Positions 19,110-29,530 of a DNA stretch of 64,000 bases are shown one piece after another. Under the pieces are notes generated by a model. It did not search any database, was not told where the DNA came from, and saw nothing but the letters and a program-made list of their open reading frames with translations. The position numbers were made by a program, and so were the translations under genes. How positions within the stretch are numbered: the stretch's first letter is position 1; the number at the start of each line of letters is the position of its first letter. Origin of the DNA: Candidatus Saccharimonadota bacterium (GTDB lineage: Bacteria; Patescibacteriota; Saccharimonadia; Saccharimonadales; UBA4665). The DNA lies in contig JARIHD010000041.1 of the NCBI GenBank assembly GCA_029288425.1, positions 6,535-70,534 on the forward strand. Direction: 5' to 3'.

Positions 19110-20246
19110 ATGGACTACGCTAAAGAAGCACTGCGAAAACACAAAGAACTACGGGGAAAAATCGCCTTGGCACTGAAGGACACGCTGGATACAAGAGATA
19201 AAATGAGCGTGTACTACACACCAGGTGTCGGCGCCGTCAGCACCCATATCGCCGAGCACCCGGATGAAGTACGCGACTATACCTGGCGGGGCAACAGTGT
19301 GGCAGTGGTGAGCGACGGATCGGCCGTACTTGGCTTGGGCAATATCGGTCCCTTGGCGGCACTACCCGTCATGGAAGGCAAAGCGATGCTTTTCAAGCAC
19401 TTCGCGGCGATCGACGCCGTGCCCATTGTCCTCGATGTACATTCCGCCGATGAAATTGTCGCCGCCGTAAAAGCAATCGCTCCCAGCTTTGGCGGCATTA
19501 ACCTCGAAGACATTGCCGCCCCTATTTGTTTTGAAGTCGAAGAGCGCCTTAAAACAGAACTATCCATTCCGGTAATGCATGACGATCAGCACGGCACGGC
19601 AGTGGTGACGCTGGCAGGGTTGATTAATGCCACCAAAGTAACCAACCGGAATTTAAATACATCACGCATCGTGATTGTAGGCAGCGGCGCGGCGGGAGTC
19701 GCGATCACTAAACTACTGCATACTTATGCTCCAGGCGCTGGAATTCTTGCGGTTGACAGCAAAGGCATCATTTCGCGTGATCGTGCCGATCTGAACGACG
19801 AAAAGCAGAAATTGCTGGCTTTTACAAATGCAAACAATCTGTCAGGCAGCCTGAGCGATGCACTGAAGGGGGCCGATATTTTTATCGGCGTCTCCAAACC
19901 TGGCCTTCTAACCGGAAACATGATCAAGACCATGGCCGCCAACCCTATCATCTTTGCGATGGCAAATCCTATTCCCGAGATCATGCCTGAAGAAGCTTTG
20001 GCCGCCGGCGCAGCCGTCATGGCTACGGGCCGCAGTGATTTTGCCAACCAAGTCAATAATTCGCTCGCATTTCCGGGCATCTTCAGGGGCGCCCTTGATA
20101 ACCGGGTACGGACCATCACCGATGATCATAAAATAGCGGCCGCCCAAGTAATCGCTTCTTTAGTCACTGATCCCAGTCCAAACGAAGTCATCCCTTCGCC
20201 ATTCACCCCGGGCCTTGTGGAGGCGATTGCCGACGTTATCCGCTGA
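19110..20246 (+). CDS. NAD(P)-dependent malic enzyme (short type)
   Basis: VVSDGSAVLGLGNIGP, IPVMHDDQHGTAVV, GSGAAG. ATG 19110 is preceded by a GGAGGA SD. Confidence 0.9.
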   Translation: MDYAKEALRKHKELRGKIALALKDTLDTRDKMSVYYTPGVGAVSTHIAEHPDEVRDYTWRGNSVAVVSDGSAVLGLGNIGPLAALPVMEGKAMLFKHFAAIDAVPIVLDVHSADEIVAAVKAIAPSFGGINLEDIAAPICFEVEERLKTELSIPVMHDDQHGTAVVTLAGLINATKVTNRNLNTSRIVIVGSGAAGVAITKLLHTYAPGAGILAVDSKGIISRDRADLNDEKQKLLAFTNANNLSGSLSDALKGADIFIGVSKPGLLTGNMIKTMAANPIIFAMANPIPEIMPEEALAAGAAVMATGRSDFANQVNNSLAFPGIFRGALDNRVRTITDDHKIAAAQVIASLVTDPSPNEVIPSPFTPGLVEAIADVIR

Positions 20247-20324
20247 TTTATCTCTCTATTCCTATCCAAAGTAATATTGCATATTTAATATATTTGTGGT
20301 ATTATAATCATTAGGATAATTATT

Positions 20325-20918
20325 ATGAAAAAGTCAATGAATACACTTAGGTCAACTATGGTCGCTTTGTCTGCCGTTGGCGCGCTTACGGCCTGCGGAA
20401 GTAATTCCGTCGAGGGCCAGCCACATTCCGTACCAGAAGCCTCTCGCACGACTGAAGCAATAACGCCCACGACGACTCCACCACCGGCCCCTTCACCCAT
20501 TATTCCCACAAGTTTTCCCCGTGAAGATAAAATATGCACACGCATGCCTGAGCTCGACGATTCACGCCGTGGTCCCAAGGGCGTAACCATTCTTACTTTC
20601 GCCAAAGACACAACCTGCGAAATGACCGTTCGGGACAGTGCCGACCAGGCTTCCGCCGAAATAGGCAAAATGGACAAAAACACACTCTTTACGCTTAATT
20701 GCTACAAAAGCATAGGCGACGTTATGCTACACAACACGGCATTGCAAATTCGATTTAATACTCCGGATAATTCGGGCTCATACTATGGCTGGGTCAATGA
20801 CAATGCCGATGCCTGGGTCATGACCCGTCCGGCGAATGAAGCAGTCCCTGACTGTGGCCAGACCAACTGGGATCCCAATGAGATCCAGCCTCTTCTAGTC
20901 GTGACGGGCTCCAAATAG
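20325..20918 (+). CDS. hypothetical lipoprotein
   Basis: Signal peptide with lipobox (ALSAVGALTAC) and a Pro/Thr-rich linker after the Cys. Confidence 0.75.
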   Translation: MKKSMNTLRSTMVALSAVGALTACGSNSVEGQPHSVPEASRTTEAITPTTTPPPAPSPIIPTSFPREDKICTRMPELDDSRRGPKGVTILTFAKDTTCEMTVRDSADQASAEIGKMDKNTLFTLNCYKSIGDVMLHNTALQIRFNTPDNSGSYYGWVNDNADAWVMTRPANEAVPDCGQTNWDPNEIQPLLVVTGSK

Positions 20919-20944
20919 TCAGGCCGTTCCCTCCCGCGTCAAAC

Positions 20945-22552
20945 CTATCCGACAACGCGGAATACTTCTTCGAGCGTAGTCTTGCCGGCAATCACTTTTA
21001 ATACGCCGTCCTGCAACATGGTTATCATGCCGTCCTGCACAGCCCGCTCTTCGAGTAGCGAGGTGGTGATTTGGTTGGGCGGCAGCCGCAACAGTTCCTG
21101 GACGCCGGGAGTCATTTGCATCTGTTCCCTGATGGGCATTTGACCGACGTAACCAAACGGATTTTTTGCGGAACTGCCGGGTTTGTAAAGTGTGAGATTG
21201 GAGAGGTCGGGACGTTCCACGCCAGGTGGTAATGTATCGATAATTTGCTGCAGTTGAGCTTTGACGCCTTCATCCGGCTGATATGGCTGCTTGCTCTCGT
21301 CGTCAAGCACACGCACCAAGCGCTGCGCCATAATAAGATGAATTGCCGAAGCGAATAATGGATTAATTCCAATGAAGTCAAGCATACGTGTCACTGCCGC
21401 CGCCGTACTAGAGGCGTGGAATGTACTCAGGACCAAGTGTCCTGTAAGCGCCGCTTGAAGTGCGGTTTTAGCGGTATCTTGGTCGCGGATCTCACCGACC
21501 ATCACGACATCCGGGTCAAGTCGCAGCACCGCACGCAGCTTTTCGGCAAAGCCAGTAACCTGGGTATCACCGTGCACAGGAATCTGCACGATGCCTTCCA
21601 TAAAGTATTCTACGGGGTCTTCAAGTGTCAAAATTTTGCGCTCAGGGCTATTCAGCGTGTTAACAATGGAATAAAGCGTGGTCGTCTTTCCCGAACCAGT
21701 CGGCCCCACAACAAGCACCATGCCGGTCGGATGCTGGATAATATCGTCAACGACAGCGCGTTCACGCTCGTTGAGCCCCAAATTTTCCAGGCGCAGTAGT
21801 TCCATTTTGAGCGTGAAGATACGCATAACAACGTCTTGGCCATATACGGTAGGTACGGTTTCTACGCGTAAGTTGACAGTCACCTCTTCACCGGTTGCCA
21901 TACGGTAGGATTTATTAATATGACCGGTTTGCGCCATATCAACCCCGGTTGAGACGTTGGCCGCAATGGCGATTGAGCTCAGCAACTGGTGATATTTATC
22001 TCGGGTTAGTACCGCTATCGGGTGCAGTACACCGTCCACGCGGAACCGGATGCGTACTTCATTCCGCTGGTTTTCCAGGTGGATGTCAGAAGCTTTGAGA
22101 CGATAGCCTTGTTGTACCAAATACGCCAAAATGTCATCGGCGCGTACTTGGTTGAGTGTTTGGGTCACCTTTTGGAAAAGCTGATCTGTTGTAGCGGCCG
22201 TAAAGGCAATGTCGTCGTATACGATCCTTTTGGGCGGATCATACATCTGCATATATTCGCGGTAGCCGATGTCGGAAATCATCGCGAAATCGGTACGCAG
22301 ATCACTAAAGCGCATTTTGAGTTCGTTTATGACTTGCTGCGACGTGGTATTGGTGATTGCGAAGAGGATATTGCTCTTGTCGACTTGCAGGGGCAATACC
22401 CGCTTTTTATACATTTCGTCCAGAGATAATATATCTTTATACAACGTTTTTTTGGGCAACGCCCCAGTATCGACGTAGTTTAGCCCGAGTAAGCGGGCAC
22501 GACGCAAAGTAGCCGATTCTTCGTCTCGACGGGCATCTTGACTCATACGCAT
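20945..22552 (-). CDS. GspE/PilB-family secretion or type IV pilus assembly ATPase
   Basis: T2SSE_N-like N-terminal domain, Walker A GPTGSGKTTT, Walker B DPDVVMVGEIRD, His box. Alternative start at ATG 22546. Confidence 0.9.
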   Translation of the reverse strand: MRMSQDARRDEESATLRRARLLGLNYVDTGALPKKTLYKDILSLDEMYKKRVLPLQVDKSNILFAITNTTSQQVINELKMRFSDLRTDFAMISDIGYREYMQMYDPPKRIVYDDIAFTAATTDQLFQKVTQTLNQVRADDILAYLVQQGYRLKASDIHLENQRNEVRIRFRVDGVLHPIAVLTRDKYHQLLSSIAIAANVSTGVDMAQTGHINKSYRMATGEEVTVNLRVETVPTVYGQDVVMRIFTLKMELLRLENLGLNERERAVVDDIIQHPTGMVLVVGPTGSGKTTTLYSIVNTLNSPERKILTLEDPVEYFMEGIVQIPVHGDTQVTGFAEKLRAVLRLDPDVVMVGEIRDQDTAKTALQAALTGHLVLSTFHASSTAAAVTRMLDFIGINPLFASAIHLIMAQRLVRVLDDESKQPYQPDEGVKAQLQQIIDTLPPGVERPDLSNLTLYKPGSSAKNPFGYVGQMPIREQMQMTPGVQELLRLPPNQITTSLLEERAVQDGMITMLQDGVLKVIAGKTTLEEVFRVVG

Positions 22553-22605
22553 TAGTATACCATGAGCGTTATGTGCTGCGACAGTACTGCGGTATAGTTT
22601 TACAC

Positions 22606-23139
22606 ATGAACATGGCGGTAACGGTACCTGATGACGATATTATTTTGATCGCGCATAATTTACGGAGTTGTCATAATGTCGGCTCCTTGCTTCGCACCGC
22701 CGAGGGGCTTGGTGTGACGGAGGTTATTTTGTCCGGTTATACTCCTTTCCCAACCGGACCAGGTGATCAGCGGCTCCCCCATCTGGCACTCAAAATCGAC
22801 AAACAGATCAGCAAAACCGCCCTCGGGGCGGAAAATACGGTGGCCTGGCGGCATGTCGATGATATTCTTGCCGTCATCCGCCGCCTGCAGGACAAGGGAT
22901 ATAGAGTTGTAGCCATCGAACAAGCGCCAGGCTCGACCTCTTTGCCTGATTTCGTACCGCCCGGAAAGGTCGCACTGCTTGTCGGCCGCGAGGTCGAAGG
23001 CGTTGAGTCGGAAATATTGGCCGCTTGCAATCAGATTCTGGAAATTCCGATGTTCGGTAGCAAAGAATCGTTTAATGTCGTGCAGGCCGCAGCGATGAGC
23101 CTGTATCACTGCCGGTTTTATAAAAACTTCAGGCGGTAA
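22606..23139 (+). CDS. TrmH/SpoU-family RNA 2'-O-methyltransferase
   Basis: SpoU motifs NVGSLLRTAEGLG, LLVGREVEGV, LEIPMFGSKESFNVVQAAAMSLY. ATG 22606 chosen over the upstream GTG at 22573. Confidence 0.85.
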   Translation: MNMAVTVPDDDIILIAHNLRSCHNVGSLLRTAEGLGVTEVILSGYTPFPTGPGDQRLPHLALKIDKQISKTALGAENTVAWRHVDDILAVIRRLQDKGYRVVAIEQAPGSTSLPDFVPPGKVALLVGREVEGVESEILAACNQILEIPMFGSKESFNVVQAAAMSLYHCRFYKNFRR

Positions 23140-23186
23140 TTTTAGGCAATTTACTCGCGTCGAAGCATAAGCTATACTTTATGTAA

Positions 23187-24242
23187 ATGGTTCTTGCGAG
23201 TTCATCCAAACCCCATGAGACGCCGCAGAGTAAAAAGCGTCGAGGGCAGCACCATAAGGCATCCAAGCATTACGCGAAGACCTACTGGCCGTACCTGCCT
23301 ATGCTGCTGATTGTCGGGTTAGGATTTGTCTTGAACAGCGTTTGGGGCGTACGCGGCGGCGTGCTCGGCTATGCAACGGCCGTCAGCACTTCATCGCTGT
23401 TGCAGGAAACGAACATTCAGCGCTCGAATAACGGCAAAACCGCCTTGGCGCTTAACGGCCAGCTGAATACCGCAGCCCAAGAAAAGGCCAACGACATGGC
23501 CACCCGCGATTACTGGTCGCACACCACTCCTGAAGGCCGCGAACCTTGGCAATTCATTAGCGCTGCCGGATATACTTACACCTACGCCGGCGAGAATCTG
23601 GCATATGGTTTTAGCTCGAGCGCCGATGCCGTGGCAGGCTGGATGAACAGTCCCAGCCACCGTGATAATTTACTAAACACCAACTACACGGATGTCGGGT
23701 TCGGATTTGCCAATGCCACTAATTACCAGGGTGATGGCCAGCAAACCATCATAGTCGCAATGTACGCCGCACCCCAAAAAGTAGCAGCGGCGGCGCAGCC
23801 AGTCCCGCAGACTCCAGCCCCTCAGCCCGCGCCGAAACCGGCGCCCACTCCCCAGCCTCAGCCCGCAACACAGCCCGCCGACAGCCAATCAAATGATACC
23901 CCGGTCAGTAGCGCGCCAGCGGCGACTACACCGCCTTCGGAACCACCTACAACAACTGCCTCCACCGACAACGGACAATCAAACGGCACTCCTTTACGTT
24001 CTCAAGAAGTCTCCCGATTTGACGTCCTTGCGCCGGGCAATGCCGAGTGGGCGGCGCTTGTTATTTCTGTCTTAGTCACGCTTGCGGGCATTACGATGGT
24101 GTACCGCCACGGCAAAATGTGGAAACGATACCTTATAAAAGGCGAACGATTCATCATCCACCATCCGGCCTTGGATATAGCCATAGTGGCTTTACTGGTC
24201 GCGGGTGCAATACTCACACAAACTACCGGCTTTATTCATTAG
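23187..24242 (+). CDS. membrane-bound CAP/SCP (YkwD-like) domain protein
   Basis: N-terminal TM, CAP motifs YWSHTTPEG...GENLAYG...GWMNSPSHRDNLL, Pro-rich linker, two C-terminal TM helices. Confidence 0.85.
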   Translation: MVLASSSKPHETPQSKKRRGQHHKASKHYAKTYWPYLPMLLIVGLGFVLNSVWGVRGGVLGYATAVSTSSLLQETNIQRSNNGKTALALNGQLNTAAQEKANDMATRDYWSHTTPEGREPWQFISAAGYTYTYAGENLAYGFSSSADAVAGWMNSPSHRDNLLNTNYTDVGFGFANATNYQGDGQQTIIVAMYAAPQKVAAAAQPVPQTPAPQPAPKPAPTPQPQPATQPADSQSNDTPVSSAPAATTPPSEPPTTTASTDNGQSNGTPLRSQEVSRFDVLAPGNAEWAALVISVLVTLAGITMVYRHGKMWKRYLIKGERFIIHHPALDIAIVALLVAGAILTQTTGFIH

Positions 24243-24294
24243 CCTCATTAAATCGAAATTGATTAATAATCTAATTTATTGTACAGTTAATTTA

Positions 24295-25086
24295 ATGTTT
24301 CAGCTACCTCGCTGGGAGGTCCACGTCGATTGTCCCACCCTTGATACGAGAATTCAGATGCACACGCCCACAGTACCATTGCGCCTATTGGCCGAGGCAG
24401 CTTTTGAACTGGCCTTTAATCCGAATGAAAGACTATCCGTCGACCCCAAACTTGAACCGTATATTACCGACAGCCCAGGCAGTCACATGCTCAAAGATAT
24501 TATATGCCAAAGCATCCAGGGGCCACGCGCCGTACCTCTTCCGAAGTTCAAAACAACTATCGGACAGCTTGATACCTGCGCAGCGGTGGAAGAACTTTTC
24601 TTTACGGCACTGAAGAATGGCATGAACCCTACGTCATCTCAATCGCTCCGTGTTGTCACCTCCGAGAGCGGCAGGCCCTTATTAGTGCAGAAAAACGCCA
24701 ACTCCGATAGTCATAGCATCGTGAGAGTGCCATCAGCTTTGACCCTCGAAGATCTTACAATTGGCAACATTACTTGGCCTGCCGGTCAAATTGTGCAGGT
24801 GTACACCCCGCATCGCGTAAAGAGCGGCGAGCGACTTACAGTCATAACTCATGATCAAGTAACCGCCCTTGGTGTCATACGCCCAAGCGCATTTGCCCTT
24901 GAACCCGCGGAACGCCATGTCTTTGGGGCTCATCCTAGTGACACCCTGGCGGGTCAAACTGGCAGCGAACTCTTTGGTCTTGAGCCTAAACAAGGAAAAG
25001 ATCAATTTTATGACTTCATTTCCAAGGCAACCATGGCAGATATCCGACACCAGGTAAACCTAATTCTTGGAAGCAATTACAGGTGA
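24295..25086 (+). CDS. hypothetical protein, paralog A of a tandem pair
   Basis: Shares TPTVPLRL..E.A..LA..P.E.LS and LTL.DLT.G..T.P.G.IV.V..PH.V......T...HDQVT.L.V.R.SAFAL.P.ER with the next ORF. Start set at ATG 24295, after the CAP gene stop. Confidence 0.75.
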   Translation: MFQLPRWEVHVDCPTLDTRIQMHTPTVPLRLLAEAAFELAFNPNERLSVDPKLEPYITDSPGSHMLKDIICQSIQGPRAVPLPKFKTTIGQLDTCAAVEELFFTALKNGMNPTSSQSLRVVTSESGRPLLVQKNANSDSHSIVRVPSALTLEDLTIGNITWPAGQIVQVYTPHRVKSGERLTVITHDQVTALGVIRPSAFALEPAERHVFGAHPSDTLAGQTGSELFGLEPKQGKDQFYDFISKATMADIRHQVNLILGSNYR

Positions 25087-25781
25087 TGATTATACCCGAA
25101 CAGGATTTTAGCGTCGGAGCGCCACATGAAGACCAGGTGCCGGTCACTTTTACGCCAACAGTACCCCTGCGACTAATAAGTGAGATCGCCTGGACACTGG
25201 CCGGTCATCCCCACGAAAAACTCTCAATTCACGAAGATTATACTCCCCACATCCAAAATGCTGCGGGAAGTGTTCTTCTCCGCGAGATCATGCATCAGAT
25301 CGAGCAAGGTCAGGTAAGCGATCCGCACGCGCCAGCATTCCCTGCTGAGCGGGACACCATCCAATGCTGCAGCAAGGCCGAAGAACGCTTTTTGGACGCG
25401 CTTAGCGATCGCAAGCAGTCCGTACGTATCGTTGCCGATGAGTTTAGCAATCCGATCATATTTCAAAAGAATGTCGATGGCAGGGTCGATGGCGTGCGTC
25501 TTGGCCTGACTCTTCACGACCTTACGGTTGGAACGGTAACCTATCCTCCCGGTATGATCGTAAAGGTACGCTCCCCCCACAAAGTGACGGACAAGGCCCC
25601 CGTAACCATACTTCCGCATGATCAGGTTACATCTCTAACTGTGCTCAGGGTTTCGGCTTTTGCCCTACCACCCTGGGAACGCAGACCTTTTTTAGCATAT
25701 TGCGACATGGGCGGTGGCGTTGACACGATATCGATACACCACATCAACGAGAGTGTCCGCTTATTAGCACAGTCAGTCTAA
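25086..25781 (+). CDS. hypothetical protein, paralog B of a tandem pair
   Basis: See paralog A. The ATG overlaps the paralog A TGA (TGATG). Confidence 0.75.
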   Translation: MIIPEQDFSVGAPHEDQVPVTFTPTVPLRLISEIAWTLAGHPHEKLSIHEDYTPHIQNAAGSVLLREIMHQIEQGQVSDPHAPAFPAERDTIQCCSKAEERFLDALSDRKQSVRIVADEFSNPIIFQKNVDGRVDGVRLGLTLHDLTVGTVTYPPGMIVKVRSPHKVTDKAPVTILPHDQVTSLTVLRVSAFALPPWERRPFLAYCDMGGGVDTISIHHINESVRLLAQSV

Positions 25782-25784
25782 TGA

Positions 25785-28700
25785 TTACTGTAGTTTGATA
25801 TTATCAACACCAACGAGTTTCTGAAGCGTGTTTAAAAGCGCGCGGTCTTTTTGAATGCCAGCTGGCAGTTTGATGATCTGCTTGGTTTCGGACGGTCCAA
25901 GAACCAATACCACTTCGGTTGGCCCAGGAGAACTATCCAATGCAACTTTTATTTTACGCAGGAGTTCATGGTTTTGACTGTCGTGCATGCGAATATAGAC
26001 GCGTTCGGGAGTTTTGGGCTTGGCAAGCGGCGAGGCCGAGTCACCTCCGTAGGATTTGGTTTTCGGCTTATCATCTTCGGTGGTGGCTTTAGTAGCCGTC
26101 ACTGCAGCTGCCGCAGACCGCTTGCTGCCGGGGGGCCGCATTTTTTTGCCGGTTGGTTGGTAGGCGGTGGCTTGCTCGGCAGTGATTTCACGGGCATCAT
26201 CTACCAAAATCTTTACTTCGTCACCAATGTTGCCTTCACGGTCTTTGGCCGAAATTTTGCCGCGCACTAATATCACACGGTCGCGCTCCCACAGCCCGGC
26301 CGTTTGCTGATAGGCATTTGGGAATAATATAAGTTCCAGCTCGGCGAATTTGTCTTCGAGTTTGATAAACGCCATTTTAGAACCGTTCTTGGTCATAATT
26401 TCACGGATATCGTTTATTGCACCGCCAATGACAACCCCGCGGCCTTCATGGTCCGGTTTTAGGGCGTTCATAGGCATGGTTTGCTCTTCCAGAAACGTTT
26501 CATACATCGATAGCGGATGCTGACTAAGGTACAGGCCCAGAAGTTCGCGTTCCCAAAGCAATTGTTCACGGGGCGTAAAAATAGTAGCAGCCTTTTCAAG
26601 TGCCAAGCGCGGGCGCGCAACCGAATCGTCGACCACATTGCCGAAGAGGTCGGTTTGACCACTACTGGCCTCTTTTTGCAGGCGGCTAGCATAGGCAAGG
26701 ATGAGGTCGAGGTTGTGCAGTAGCTCCGAACGATCGCCAAAGCGATCGAATGCCCCGGCTTTGGTCAGACTTTCCATAGCTTTGCGGTTAACAATGCGTA
26801 CATTTACTTTACTGACAAAATCTTCCAGATCGGCGAATGACCCGTCCAGGTCGCGGGCGCGCACAATCTCTTCGACCGCTCCGGCACCGACGTTTTTGAT
26901 GGCGTTCATGCCAAAGCGGATTTGGGCTTTACGGTTATCGCCATCTGGTACTACCGCAAAATCATTAAATGACTCATTAATGTCTGGCGGCAGCACGCTA
27001 ATACCCATATGCTGACATTCGGAAATTTCAATGCTCAAACGGTCGGTGTCGTCAAAGTCGCTGGTCATAAGCGCAGCCATAAAGGCAGAGGGATAATGCG
27101 CCTTTAGATACGCCGTTTGATAGGCGATCAACCCATAACAAGCAGCGTGTGATTTGTTAAAACAATAGGCCGCAAAATCTTCCAATTGCTTCCAAAATCG
27201 CTCCATTTCTTGTTCGTTTGCACCATTATTAACCGCACCTTTAATGAAGTCGACCTTCATTTTTTGCATCACTTCGATTTTCTTTTTGCCGATGGCTTTT
27301 CGCAACGTGTCAGCCTGTCCACCGGTAAATCCAGATAGTTCTTTGGAAATCTGCATGACCTGTTCCTGGTAGACCAAAACACCGTACGTTGGTTTGAGCG
27401 CCGGTTCCATCAAGGGATGCAAAAACTTGATCTGTTTTAAGCCGTGTTTACGGGCAATGAAGTCATCAATAAACTGCATCGGACCCGGCCGGTACAGCGC
27501 CACCATGGCCACGATGTCGTCAAAAACAGTTGGCTTGAGCTCGCGCAGATAGCGCTTCATGCCCGCGGATTCCAGCTGGAATACACCGGTAGTATCACCG
27601 CGCTGAAATAATTCAAAGGTTGGTTTGTCGTCGAGGGGCAAGGTGTTAATGTCGACGTCCACCCCATATACCTTTTTGATGATACGCAGCGTGTTTTTAA
27701 TGATGGTCAAGTTGGAGAGGCCCAGGAAGTCCATCTTTAGCAGACCTAATTCCTCGATGGGGTCTTTCGGGTACTGCGTCGTAACCACGCCCTTTTGTGC
27801 CATTTCGAGCGGCGCAAATTTAACGATGTCATCAGGCGCGATCACCACGCCGGCAGCATGCACGCCGTGACTGCGTATCGTGCCCTCCAGACGCATGGCC
27901 AGATCAAATACCTCGCGCGATTTTTCGTTGGATTCGTATTCGTGCTTGAGCTCGCGGTCATCTATGAGCGATCTGGCCAGAGGAATGTGGCGACCTTGAA
28001 TGGGCGCGGGAATCATTTTGGCCATGCGGTCGGCCTCGGCGTACGGCACTTGCAGCACACGGGCAACGTCGCGTACAGCGTTACGGGCAGCCATCGTACC
28101 AAACGTCACGATGTTGGCCACGCGGTCCTGGCCATATTTATTAGCACAGTACTGGATAACCTCGTCGCGGCGTGTGTCCATGATGTCAATGTCGACGTCA
28201 GGCATAGAAATACGATCGGGGTTCAGGAAGCGTTCAAAGAGCAAGTCATATTTAAGCGGGTCAAGCTCAGTAATCTTCATCGAATACGAAATGATGGATC
28301 CGGCGGCCGAACCGCGGCCAGGCCCGAACACAATTCCCTGGTCTTTGCCCCAGTTCATAAAGTCGGCGATGATAAGGAAGTAGCCGTTAAAACCCATCTG
28401 GGCGATGATGCCAAGTTCATATTCAGCGCGTTCAATAACTTCCGGGGCAAGGATTTTTTTAGCTTGATCTTCGGTGAATTCTTTTGCCTCGTCTTCGGAT
28501 GTATCGGTGTAGCGCCAGACCAGACCTTTGTACACCAATTTGCGCAGATATGATTTTTCGTCTTCTCCTTCAGGCACGGGAAATTCTGGGATTAATATTT
28601 TACCCAGTTCAATCGTCAACTCGCATCGGTCGGCAATGGCGCGGGTATTGGTAATTGCCTCAGGGCAGGTTTTACCCCAACGCTGGATAATCTCATTTGG

Positions 28701-29486
28701 ATCGGTAACATGCAGCTCGAAGTCACTCAGACTCATCCGTTTTTCGTCGCTCAAAAATGAGCCTGTTTGTACACATAGCAAAATTTCGTGGGCGGTTTGG
28801 TCCTCGTGTCTTAGATAATGTGCGTCGCAAGTGACTACGGGCGGCAGATCTAATTCTTTGGCGAGCTTTAACAGGCCCTCATTTACCCTGACTTGTTCGT
28901 CCCATTTGCTTTGGTGGTCGGGGTGACCGTGATCTTGGACTTCGATATAATAGCGGTCGCCAAAGACGCTTTTATACCATTTAGCTGTTTCGACAGCTTT
29001 TTCGTACTGACCCTGACGGATAGCGTCGCCCACCTCGCCACCAATACAGCCACTCAGCACAATCAGGCCCTCGTTGTATTTTTCGAGCACCGCGTGATCA
29101 ACGCGCGGTTTATAGTAAAAACCCTCCAGATTGGCAATGGTGCTGAGACGCATTAGATTACGATAACCCGCATCATTCATTGCCAACAGGATAAGGTGAT
29201 AGTAAACCTTGTCTTTGCCCGGCTCTTTGTCGGTAAGTGTACGCGCGGCGACGTATGTTTCCATGCCAATAATCGGCTTGACACCTTTGGCGGTGGCTTC
29301 TTTGTAAAATTCGATCGCGCCGCTCAGGGTGCCGTGGTCGGTTTGGGCCACGGCAACCATCCCGGTTTCGTTGGCATAGTCCAAAAGCGCCGGCACTTTG
29401 GTAAGTCCGTCGAGCAAACTGTACTGCGTGTGATTATGCAAATGCACATAGTCACTCGGCTTGAGTTCGGTTGTCATGCCTGCCAT
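25785..29486 (-). CDS. dnaE: DNA polymerase III alpha subunit
   Basis: 1233 aa. PHP domain HLHNHTQYSLLDG, polymerase core, OB fold, C-terminal domain. Confidence 0.95.
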   Translation of the reverse strand: MAGMTTELKPSDYVHLHNHTQYSLLDGLTKVPALLDYANETGMVAVAQTDHGTLSGAIEFYKEATAKGVKPIIGMETYVAARTLTDKEPGKDKVYYHLILLAMNDAGYRNLMRLSTIANLEGFYYKPRVDHAVLEKYNEGLIVLSGCIGGEVGDAIRQGQYEKAVETAKWYKSVFGDRYYIEVQDHGHPDHQSKWDEQVRVNEGLLKLAKELDLPPVVTCDAHYLRHEDQTAHEILLCVQTGSFLSDEKRMSLSDFELHVTDPNEIIQRWGKTCPEAITNTRAIADRCELTIELGKILIPEFPVPEGEDEKSYLRKLVYKGLVWRYTDTSEDEAKEFTEDQAKKILAPEVIERAEYELGIIAQMGFNGYFLIIADFMNWGKDQGIVFGPGRGSAAGSIISYSMKITELDPLKYDLLFERFLNPDRISMPDVDIDIMDTRRDEVIQYCANKYGQDRVANIVTFGTMAARNAVRDVARVLQVPYAEADRMAKMIPAPIQGRHIPLARSLIDDRELKHEYESNEKSREVFDLAMRLEGTIRSHGVHAAGVVIAPDDIVKFAPLEMAQKGVVTTQYPKDPIEELGLLKMDFLGLSNLTIIKNTLRIIKKVYGVDVDINTLPLDDKPTFELFQRGDTTGVFQLESAGMKRYLRELKPTVFDDIVAMVALYRPGPMQFIDDFIARKHGLKQIKFLHPLMEPALKPTYGVLVYQEQVMQISKELSGFTGGQADTLRKAIGKKKIEVMQKMKVDFIKGAVNNGANEQEMERFWKQLEDFAAYCFNKSHAACYGLIAYQTAYLKAHYPSAFMAALMTSDFDDTDRLSIEISECQHMGISVLPPDINESFNDFAVVPDGDNRKAQIRFGMNAIKNVGAGAVEEIVRARDLDGSFADLEDFVSKVNVRIVNRKAMESLTKAGAFDRFGDRSELLHNLDLILAYASRLQKEASSGQTDLFGNVVDDSVARPRLALEKAATIFTPREQLLWERELLGLYLSQHPLSMYETFLEEQTMPMNALKPDHEGRGVVIGGAINDIREIMTKNGSKMAFIKLEDKFAELELILFPNAYQQTAGLWERDRVILVRGKISAKDREGNIGDEVKILVDDAREITAEQATAYQPTGKKMRPPGSKRSAAAAVTATKATTEDDKPKTKSYGGDSASPLAKPKTPERVYIRMHDSQNHELLRKIKVALDSSPGPTEVVLVLGPSETKQIIKLPAGIQKDRALLNTLQKLVGVDNIKLQ

Positions 29487-29530
29487 AGAAAAATTGCTAC
29501 CCTCACGTAGTTAATACTATTATAACGAAA

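Noticed and set aside
23760-23990. Repetitive CCnCAG/CCnGCn DNA, with similar repeats at about 50200..50300: tandem repeat or CRISPR-like?
   Set aside because: These are in-frame Pro/Ala/Thr/Gln-rich linkers of the CAP-domain and Ig-like surface proteins. They have no fixed repeat unit or spacers.
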